Assembly (NCBI GenBank): GCA_964567755.1
Contig: CAZMNW010000020.1
Span: forward strand, 7,401 to 71,400
Origin: an uncultured bacterium
GTDB lineage: Bacteria; Krumholzibacteriota; Krumholzibacteriia; G020349025
DNA length: 64,000 bases
Reading direction: 5' to 3'
Part shown: piece by piece, positions 59,301 to 64,000 of the stretch
Position numbering within the stretch: the stretch's first letter is position 1
Layout: every line of letters starts with the position of its first letter
Notes under the pieces: generated by a model
The model's input: only the letters and a program-made list of their open reading frames with translations
The model's database searches: none
Told to the model about the DNA's origin: nothing
Translations under genes and position numbers: made by a program

Positions 59301-60125
59301 GAAAACGGGCACGGGATCGGTGGTGACGGTGACGAGGATCGGCGGATCGTCGCCGCGCTCCACTTGGATGCGCCGCACATTGGGGGCGACGAACGGATAG
59401 TCGTCGATCCAGGAATGGCCGTCCCCATGGATGAAGAGCACGGGCTTGCCGAAGGCCAGGGCATCGGGCTCGAACTGATCGAAGAACAGATCGCGACCGC
59501 TTCCCGGCCCCGCCTGCGCGAAGAGAACGGCGGCGCGCACGAAGGGCGCTTGCGTCGTCAACTGTTGCTCGACCCAGTCGGCATCGTCCTGCAAGACATC
59601 GTCATCGTTCGACCCGCCCACCAGGTTGAGCCCGATGAAAAGAACGCCCTTGGAGACGAAGGCGAAGTTCTGCGGCCGCGCCGTTTGCCGCGAGACGGCG
59701 AGATTGCTGCAAAAGTTCGACTCGAGGCCCAAGAAGTGCGTGTTCCAATAGGTCCATGCCGTTCCTGGATCGTCGCAGTCCTTGGTCTCGTTGTCTCCGG
59801 GCAACATGAAGGCCGGGACCGAGAGCACCTTCAGAACGTCGGCCACCTGCTGGTAGCGGAATTCTTCGCAGGGAGTGCCGCCGGAGAAAATGTCCCCCAC
59901 GTGCACCATGAACTCGCCCGGACTGTAGAGATTGTGATCGACGCAGTGCTGCTGCAGCACCGGCAGCTCGCTGTCGTCGTAGGGAACGTCACCGATGGCG
60001 GTGAAGGTGATGGTCTGGGCGCCGGCGGCGAGCGGGCAGGCCGCGAGCAGCATGGTGAGACCGCTGGCCAGGAAGCGGCTGGACGCACGGCGCGGGGCGT
60101 GCGCGGCCACGGCCTGGCCGGCCAT
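50343..60125 (-). CDS. giant (~3260 aa) secreted protein: N-terminal calcineurin-like metallophosphoesterase, PKD-like domain, about 27 tandem ~95-aa cadherin-like/VCBS Ig repeats, roughly 230-aa spacer, T9SS C-terminal sorting domain
   Basis: Signal peptide 'MLLAACPLAAGAQT'. MPE motifs 'GDVPYD', 'GDNE', 'GDGHSW'. Repeat unit 'VNDAPVAxxDxYxTxEDxxLxVxAPGVLxNDxDxDGDxL...PxHGTLxLxANGxFTYTP...FTYxxxDG'. C-terminus 'FPNPLRNHTLLRY...SGVYFLRL'. Confidence 0.85.
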   Translation of the reverse strand: MAGQAVAAHAPRRASSRFLASGLTMLLAACPLAAGAQTITFTAIGDVPYDDSELPVLQQHCVDHNLYSPGEFMVHVGDIFSGGTPCEEFRYQQVADVLKVLSVPAFMLPGDNETKDCDDPGTAWTYWNTHFLGLESNFCSNLAVSRQTARPQNFAFVSKGVLFIGLNLVGGSNDDDVLQDDADWVEQQLTTQAPFVRAAVLFAQAGPGSGRDLFFDQFEPDALAFGKPVLFIHGDGHSWIDDYPFVAPNVRRIQVERGDDPPILVTVTTDPVPVFVIDREPFDGTTTNQAPCVNAGPDLAIGIAQQARLRGQADDDRDPGSSTLTLTWSKVSGPGTVSFSSSTSAETYATFSLTGAYVLRLRGSDGILASTDPVTVTVSTTPPANNPPVAGYDSYSTVMQQALSVSAPGVLGNDSDPNNTAISAVLVANPLHGTLSLAANGSFTYTPQAGFYGLDGFTYRASDGSLQSATTNVTLNVTPLTLTLAPLEDASGNTGTPSKTDGSNQDLRVEADVVSYRSFLKFNITGVGTSVYRAKLRLFVTNSGPDGGSLYRVSNYFPATTTAWTEETLTWQNAPVIGGTPLGSAASVDTDDWVEFDVTTAIRGDGTYSFGLQNASTNNVEYSSKEGSEPPVLVIETLPGGGGTNAVPVAADNVYTASEDAPFTVAAPGVLVNDTDANGDALSVLLTAAPTHGALTLAANGGFSYLPSANYNGPDAFSYVADDGRGGLDPATVTLTVTAVNDPPVAVDESHATNEDTPLVVPAPGLCSNDSDLDGDALTVQVGNAPAHGSLSLASNGSFTYTPNLDWNGADSFTYVVSDGRGGSDTGSVTLAIAAVEDPPRAIDDAFTTLEDQVLETMAPGLLANDVDPEGDPVTVTVVSAPARGTLVLAPNGSFTYTPNPNAHGSDVFTYELRDVNGGTDTGSVALSLTPVNDAPTAAGENHATAEDTPVSIVAPGILGNDADLDGDVLIPIVSTPPTRGIVVVQPDGGFTYTPYADANGVDGFTYSVSDGQGGTATAAVGITVSAVNDAPVAAADSYGVAEDATLVIDAPGVLGNDVDVDGDAFTVTLSAPPAHGALTLVTNGGFTYIPDADFNGSDAFTYSVSDGQGGIHAQTVTLTVSPVNDAPVAAADVLLLDEDQALVRAAPGVLGNDSDLDGDVLTVVVTSPPQHGTLVLDANGGLRYTPALDFAGTDGFTYRVTDAAGATASASATLVVRAVNDWPVATGDGWLATEDLDLAVAAPGVLGNDLDADGDALLVSIVSPPDHGTVVLGFEGDFVYTPEADWNGQDTFTYGLSDAKGGTTSGTVTLSVAAVNDPPIASSDAAAIPEDVLLVRTVPGVLGNDADIDGDVLEAVVETPPAHGTLALNANGSFTYMPGANYYGSDGFAYTLRDPSGASDAAAMNLTITAVNDPPSAASDGFVTNEDNVLTISAPGVLGNDTDIDGDPLTAAVVTPPQRGTLVLAAAGGFTYTPDRDANGSDSFTYKARDASGAEDVETVVLFVAARNDPPAAQNDAFAAVEDTPLTIAPPGVLGNDADIDGDALSASVAAPPAHGVLQVGADGAFVYTPAPQYNGGDTFTYTVRDPSGATATGSVTLTVAAVNDAPLATADAYTTNEDVALVIAGPGVLGNDTDIENDVLTSSAAAPPTHGGLTINPNGGFTYTPATHYFGPDAFTYTVRDANGATGLGTVTLTVQPVNDAPVAAADAYATDEDVALVVAIPGVLANDTDIENDVLSASIASPTVHGTLVFGTGGSFTYTPAAHYFGPDAFTYTLRDPNGGSVTGSVTLSVNAVNDVPLAGADAYATNEDFALTIAVPGVLGNDVDADGEGLTVSVTTPPAHGTLILAANGAFTYTPAPDTHGADAFVYSVRDPAGATSSGAVSISVLPLNDAPRPASDAYATDEDIVLAVSSPGVLGNDVDVDGDAITVTVATAPIHGALVLQANGAFAYTPHADYAGSDGFTYAARDPSGATAVGSVSLPVRGVNDRPVATADGYTTDEDIALVVDAPGLLGNDSDVDNEILSATVNTPPQHGALALAANGGFTYTPVPHSHGPDTFTYTLRDPAGASSTGSVTLLVREVNDAPVAVADAYATDEDASLVVPAPGILANDADVDGDPLTPTLASGPARGSVVLGADGALRYTPEPNAFGSDNFTYTIQDGRGGSHTATCSVQIRSVNDAPSVNGEVYAVDEDTLLVVASPGVLGNDTDVDGDVLRVTLVGAPAHGTLSLEATGAFVFTPERDFHGTDGWSYRVDDGKGETRDGNVVLTVQPLNDAPTAAASAYATDEDVGLTIASLGVLVGATDADGDALVASLATPAAHGAVTVSADGGFTFVPQVNFHGTDAFTIEVRDGNGGSDIETVALTVHPIQDAPSAGNDALSVDEDGVLVVEAPGLLANDLDVDGDAISLRLEAAPEHGTLRLEPNGAFTYAPSADYHGADHFTYIADDGHGGNAVGTVTLTVAPVNDAPTALDDTFGTDEDRALDLPAPGLLANDQDVDGDALTVRPGTPPLHGTLQLRAEGGFVYTPAPDAHGPDSFTYIVDDNAGGIATGTVHIQVGAIPDVPRPLADTWNGAEDSEWMIDAPGVLANDQDADGDALRAQIVRSPAHGTLLLGENGAFRYVPDADWHGSDSFDYAADDGTGRSANAQVTLMVLPVNDPPVALQDSYGLDEDMPLDIGTPGVLANDSDVDGEPLQTELQTMVAHGTLTLRSDGSFTYMPALDFHGSDGFVYTTRDAAGAFATTQVTLAIAAVNDAPLPGADDFTVTEDDTLRVDAPGLLGNDLDVEGDAMTAALVSGAAHGGVTLRRDGSFVYIPLPDYSGSDLFVYAVSDPAGAVRHGAVSLQVSRVNDAPIARSDSFFVVAGASLQPHAPGLLVNDTDADGDTLSAFVLDAPQYGQLDLHDDGSFTYTPDPGFTGTDGFTYRASDGTAMHDAAVRIGVEGRGVTYRESTTGAATFAIQVQTESALSAAAGDLYLAAISSQPLGQVMGLQGMSLQWTRVKTQCGAQGETGLELWMARGAPTPGSIAAVFAAPVEHAVLAVSRYSGADPQDPLGSVTAANTSGLDASCQDGGESARYDWFLTTLTDGGIVYRAVALRDRDHVRTDGTFLRARAASGTPQATASIEVQDRAVDAGDHTTSGSFSSPVDWAAVAVEIRSTRIDDTLRFAERLEVFPNPLRNHTLLRYMLYRRATVEMSIFDARGRLVRQLLHETRPPGRLQIDWNATTDRGHSLDSGVYFLRLRSEGHTITRKIVVVK
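51300..58930 (-). repeat. about 27 tandem ~285-bp coding repeats (cadherin-like/VCBS units) inside the giant gene
   Basis: Recurrent 'gtgaacgatgc(g/a)cc' / 'ggcgtgctcggcaacgac' blocks at about 285-bp periodicity. Boundaries approximate. Confidence 0.8.
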
Positions 60126-60350
60126 GCTCGAGTCAGTTGCGATGATTTGGTGTAAAAGCATACCCGAGACGCCGGAAATCTCCGTACTGCCGGCGTTATG
60201 TTCCACCGCGGGGTCCAGGGCCACCGCGGTTGGTTGGGCGCTCCAATGTATTGTTGATGATTATACGGGTTTCCACGCGCCAACAACAGGAGAGCGTCGC
60301 GCTGGCGCGTGCCGCATCGAGTGTTGGGCCGTTTGACGCAGTCGCTCGGG

Positions 60351-60383
60351 GAAAAAAAATGGAGCGTGCAGTTGCACGCCCCA
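60351..60383 (-). terminator. rho-independent terminator downstream of the 60415-63612 gene
   Basis: On the minus strand a GC stem 'GGGGCGTGCAACTGCACGCTCC' is followed by a U8 tract (plus-strand 'gaaaaaaaatggagcgtgcagttgcacgcccc'). Confidence 0.6.
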
Positions 60384-60414
60384 TTTCGCCGTCGCGTGTG
60401 CGAAGATTTCGCGT

Positions 60415-63400
60415 CTACTTCATCACGACCATCTTGCGCGTGAAGCTCTGGGTGCCCGCCTCGAGGCGATAGAAGTACACGCCGCTCGAGGCGCGTTCGC
60501 CGACGTCGTCGAGCCCATCCCAAGTCACCGACTGCGCGGCTCCGGCCGGGCGCGGCGCATCGAGGAGCGTGCGGACCAGCCGGCCGGCGACGTCATAGAT
60601 GCGCAACTTCACCTGGCCCGTCGCCGCGAGATCGAAGCGAATGGTCGTCGTCGGGTTGAACGGGTTCGGAACGTTCTGGTGCAGCGCTGTTTGGCGCGGC
60701 ACGGCGAGCGCGTCGTTGTCCGGCACGCCGGTCACGCTCGGAGCCTGCTGGCAAGCGATCGGGAGGACGCAGCCCAAGATCTTCGACATGAGGACGGTTT
60801 GGGGCGACGTCGGGGACGGTGGCAGGCTCGGGTTCTGCGAGAAATCGAACCACGGGTGCGACTGCAGGATGGTATTCCACGACTCGGCGGCGTTGCTGTT
60901 CATGACGATCGCCGCGGCGTTCACCGCCTGGTTGGTGCGGGGGTCGCGGTACGAGTGCGTCGCGCGGGCGGAACCCGTGACCCCGAGAGCGTCGTAGTCG
61001 CGTGAAACCGGACAGCCGCCGTCGAGACGGTACTCGTCACCGGTGAAGGTGCGAGCGCAGGTGGCGGTGCCGTTCTGGCGAAACGTGTACGCCAGGTCGC
61101 CGCGCACCTTCGGATACGCATCTGCCGTCTGTGTGGAGCCGTTGAGCACACTGCCCATGTTGGAAGCGTAGAGCGCGTTGCTCGGCTTCTCTTGCAAGGC
61201 GTTGGAGCCGATCACCCACAACGTGGCGAAGCCGGCCGGCGACAGAGTCGCCTGAGCCAGCCAGCTGCGGAACCAGCCGGCCTGGTCGACCTTCTGCAGG
61301 TCGAGATCGGAGCCATCCGGCATCAGCCAGCCAGTCGGTCCCGAGTTGCCGACGTCGTACGCGATCAGGTTGTAGCCCTGGGCCTGCTGCGTGGTGGCGC
61401 GACCCGCCAGCTGATTGTTGGTGTTCCCGAGACCCTGATGATCGTAGACATCGTAGTGTCCCGTGTAACCGAGTCGATCGAGCGTGTACATGAAGGACGT
61501 GCGGTTCACCAGGCCTCCACGCCGGCGCGTGTTCGTCATCTGCACGTACAGCATGCAGTTCTTCTGCGTCGAAGCAGCGATTTCTCCGGCCGTGGGGTCG
61601 AGATCGCCGTTCGGATCGTTGGTGATGCGCTGCAGATACGCAGGGTCCCAATTGATCGCCGGCAGGAAGCTCACCTCGAGCATGCCGCCTGTGGATAGGT
61701 CCGCCGCCTGGACGCTGGCAGGCAACGCACTCAACCCGGCTGGATCCGAGCTCACGCCGCCCAAGCCGTCCTGTGCGAACCAGAAATAGTGCAAGACGTC
61801 GCCACCGCGGAAGTAGGTGTCGTCGAGGTCGACGAACCAAAAACCGGCCAAGGTCGCGCCGTTGCTGTTGCGTACGCTATCGGCGGTGACGGCAAAAAAG
61901 CCGTTCGCCACGCTCCAGGGCGGCGGCGCCTTGCCCGCGTGCGGTCCGGCGACGATGGCGCCGTACCATTGGACGCCCGTTATACCACCCGCGCCGCGCG
62001 CGTCGACGACCTCGACGTAGACCGAATCTCCGGTGATCAGGTTCGGGCTGGATTCGTTGATGCCGAGCTCGGATCCCTGGGAGAACGCCGTGGATCCGAA
62101 ACGGTTCGTGGACGGACGGAAATGCTCCCCCGAACCGGCAGTCACCCCGGTGTGGATCTCGGTCGGGAAGGCGTCCTGCGCCTGCGATCGGGCGTCGATG
62201 CCCTCGCTGATCGTGGGCCCGCTCAAGATGCGGCGGCCGATGCGGGTGTCGTCGATGTACGGCCCCGGCCCCGGGGTGAAGGTCACCGGCGGCGGCACCC
62301 CGACGATCCACTGCCAGTCGGAGGTTCGATGTCGCACCTGGACGTGGGTGGCGGTGGGGTCGAATTCCGCCGTCATGTCGAACGTGAGCGTTAGCCAGCC
62401 GAAGAACGACAACGAGTTCCACTGGGAGGAGTGTCCCCAGCCGCTGATGCAGGTCTGGCTGTCGACGATACTGCGGGCGCGCACCGACCAGTTTTGGACG
62501 ATCCGGCTCGTCGAGAAGAAGTTGCCGGGGAAACGCCGGAAACGCAGCACGGTGCCGGTTGCCGTCGGCGTCGATGCCAGGCTCACCCATGGGCTGATGA
62601 TGGCGTCGTCCAGCCAGTTGCGCACGACGTAACCATCCGGCGCGAACGCCATGCTGGGATCGTTGGCGATGGTGGGTGTGACATCGTCCGTCCACAGCCA
62701 GGCGCAGGTCTTGTTCTCGCTGCAGACATCGTTGTCGGTGATGTGTTGGAAGATGCGCGCCCATTCGCCGAATGGCTTGCTGTCCTGGATGTTGAGCAAC
62801 GAGAGATTCGGATGCAAGGTGCCTTCGAAATTCTCGTTCACAGGAGTGGTGACGCCGACGAGCGCGATGTTGTCGATGACGATGGCTGCACCAATGTTCG
62901 TGGCCTGGAGACCATCGCAGGGCGAGTAACCGCCGTCGGCGAAGAACGCGATGTACATGCAATGCGTGCCGGCGCCGAAGCTGGGCACGGGCAACGAGGC
63001 GACGGCTCCGGCCACGTCGTAGCCAGAAGCGGAGAACTCCACGGTGCGGAAGGTGGCGGCGTTGCTGCTGGGATCGGTGTCGAAGTCGACCCGGTCGAAG
63101 GAAGCACACGCGGAGTCGCTTTCGACCTGCAAGAAATCGAAGCCGTCCTCGGAGTCGACCATGTAATCGAAGGACAGGAAGCCGGAGCCGGCATAGGTGA
63201 TGCGGATTCCTTGGTACCAGTCATTGTCGTAACCCGTGGGCTCCGCGCAACAATTGTTGCTGGTGTAACCGAGAGCGGCGGCGTTGCCCGTGATTCCACC
63301 GTTGCCGGTGTGCGCGGAGGTGACGTTCCAATAGACGGAACCATCGTTCAGGATGTGGTTGTCGGCGCGGAACCAGCCGGTGTCGGTGCAGGGGAAGCCG

Positions 63401-63612
63401 AAATCGAAGCCCCAATTGGCGATCCACACCGTGTCCTGCAGAGCTTTTTGCGGCGCCGGCTCGGTGCCTTCCGAGTCACCGACGATGTCCACGTATGGAG
63501 CCGGGTCAGCGATCTCGTGGCGCAGTCCCGCAGGACGTGCGTAAACGCCGCTCGCGAACAACGAGACGATGCCGACACAGGCGCAGGAGATACGCAGGTA
63601 TCTCTGCAACAT
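60415..63612 (-). CDS. secreted Cys-rich 1065-aa protein with a canonical T9SS C-terminal sorting domain
   Basis: Signal peptide 'ISCACVGIVSLFASGVYA'. C-terminus 'LHQNVPNPFNPTTTIRFDL...VKLRIYDVAGRLVRTLL...VTWDGLDD...SGVYFYRLEAG' matches the Por_Secre_tail/TIGR04183 pattern. Confidence 0.8.
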   Translation of the reverse strand: MLQRYLRISCACVGIVSLFASGVYARPAGLRHEIADPAPYVDIVGDSEGTEPAPQKALQDTVWIANWGFDFGFPCTDTGWFRADNHILNDGSVYWNVTSAHTGNGGITGNAAALGYTSNNCCAEPTGYDNDWYQGIRITYAGSGFLSFDYMVDSEDGFDFLQVESDSACASFDRVDFDTDPSSNAATFRTVEFSASGYDVAGAVASLPVPSFGAGTHCMYIAFFADGGYSPCDGLQATNIGAAIVIDNIALVGVTTPVNENFEGTLHPNLSLLNIQDSKPFGEWARIFQHITDNDVCSENKTCAWLWTDDVTPTIANDPSMAFAPDGYVVRNWLDDAIISPWVSLASTPTATGTVLRFRRFPGNFFSTSRIVQNWSVRARSIVDSQTCISGWGHSSQWNSLSFFGWLTLTFDMTAEFDPTATHVQVRHRTSDWQWIVGVPPPVTFTPGPGPYIDDTRIGRRILSGPTISEGIDARSQAQDAFPTEIHTGVTAGSGEHFRPSTNRFGSTAFSQGSELGINESSPNLITGDSVYVEVVDARGAGGITGVQWYGAIVAGPHAGKAPPPWSVANGFFAVTADSVRNSNGATLAGFWFVDLDDTYFRGGDVLHYFWFAQDGLGGVSSDPAGLSALPASVQAADLSTGGMLEVSFLPAINWDPAYLQRITNDPNGDLDPTAGEIAASTQKNCMLYVQMTNTRRRGGLVNRTSFMYTLDRLGYTGHYDVYDHQGLGNTNNQLAGRATTQQAQGYNLIAYDVGNSGPTGWLMPDGSDLDLQKVDQAGWFRSWLAQATLSPAGFATLWVIGSNALQEKPSNALYASNMGSVLNGSTQTADAYPKVRGDLAYTFRQNGTATCARTFTGDEYRLDGGCPVSRDYDALGVTGSARATHSYRDPRTNQAVNAAAIVMNSNAAESWNTILQSHPWFDFSQNPSLPPSPTSPQTVLMSKILGCVLPIACQQAPSVTGVPDNDALAVPRQTALHQNVPNPFNPTTTIRFDLAATGQVKLRIYDVAGRLVRTLLDAPRPAGAAQSVTWDGLDDVGERASSGVYFYRLEAGTQSFTRKMVVMK

Positions 63613-63943
63613 ATTGAACCCCCCGAGACGTGAGGCGATGGGTGAAATAGCATTCTCTGGCAGGGGCGAAACCCTCCAGCCAACCCGACGAAAGCGGTGA
63701 CGACATGACTCGACCCGGGCATGGCCGAACGGCGGGGACGGATTCCGGGCGCTATGTCAGACTTGGCCTCGTAATACTACCAAGGCCGGTCTAGGAGGGT
63801 CAAGGAAACCGCCTGGAATGGGAGGCTGGGGCCCAGGCCTTGCCGGGAGGGTCGAGCCAGGCCTATAGTCGGCTCAGGAACCTGATAGGAATCGATCCAA
63901 GGTTCTGGCGGCGCCGTTCCACCCGAAACCGGAGGACCCGAAG

Positions 63944-64000
63944 ATGCCCTACGATCCGATGCTCATCCAACCCATGCGCGAGGAGCTCACCCGTTTGGGG
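63944..64000 (+). CDS. 5' end of a gene (N-terminus 'MPYDPMLIQPMREELTRLG'), possibly a bacilliredoxin/DUF1094-like thioredoxin-fold protein; truncated by the window edge
   Basis: ATG with GGAGGA 7 nt upstream. N-terminal similarity to 'MYDPM(V)QPMRDELT' of BrxA/B-type proteins, recalled from memory. Confidence 0.3.
   Translation, partial: MPYDPMLIQPMREELTRLG

Noticed and set aside
59990-60125. A twin-arginine (Tat) signal in the giant protein ('PRRASSRFLASGL')
   Set aside because: It does not fit the S/T-R-R-x-F-L-K consensus well. A Sec-type hydrophobic core followed by 'AGAQT' is sufficient for secretion. T9SS cargo are Sec substrates.
1-64000. rRNA, tRNA or tmRNA genes
   Set aside because: No cloverleaf-like conserved blocks (GTTCGAATC-type T-loops) and no rRNA-like low-GC structured stretches were seen. 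All sizeable non-coding gaps were inspected by eye only, so small RNAs cannot be excluded.

Overview
This 64 kb window is densely coding, high-GC (about 68-70% in sampled stretches) bacterial chromosome, with GGAGG-type ribosome-binding sites and frequent GTG/TTG starts. It carries three large secreted proteins ending in Bacteroidota-style type IX secretion C-terminal sorting domains (T9SS CTDs; one has the canonical PNPFNP motif). That combination points to a high-GC lineage outside classical Bacteroidota, such as Gemmatimonadota or a related FCB-group candidate phylum; this is inference only. Housekeeping content includes an archease-rtcB RNA-repair pair and a DoxX protein. An arginine-deiminase-like gene sits beside a thioesterase / FAD-oxidoreductase-polyferredoxin fusion / SDR cluster. 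A complete Rrf2-sufBCDSUT iron-sulfur assembly operon has an AT-rich operator region. An adaA-alkA fusion plus ogt adaptive-response pair is followed by a histidine kinase and then a TIGR01777 epimerase with YbgA. Further along are Fpg/Nei, a GT-C-like membrane protein, an NmrA-like reductase, an ABC-2 exporter (ATPase plus two permeases), a GNAT, an ECF sigma / ZAS anti-sigma / DUF4252-like x2 / msrA module, and a PLP enzyme with an SGNH hydrolase. The accessory part is a roughly 6.7 kb lower-GC island (~24.25-30.95 kb, roughly 52-58% GC). It is full of decayed insertion sequences: a frameshifted, truncated IS630 transposase gene interrupted by a partial IS66 (tnpA, tnpB, truncated tnpC), and an IS3 remnant with an intact A6C slippery site. 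The island carries a 14-repeat beta-propeller lipoprotein and an alginate-lyase-like lipoprotein. The most striking content is the T9SS-cargo neighbourhood. It holds a 1434-aa multi-Ig protein translationally coupled (ATGA) to a FadL/PorQ/PorV-like outer-membrane barrel. It also holds a roughly 3260-aa giant protein with an N-terminal metallophosphoesterase domain, about 27 tandem ~95-aa cadherin-like/VCBS repeats and a T9SS CTD. The third is a 1065-aa Cys-rich CTD protein. No CRISPR, rRNA or tRNA was seen. Many long antisense ORFs are GC-driven shadows.
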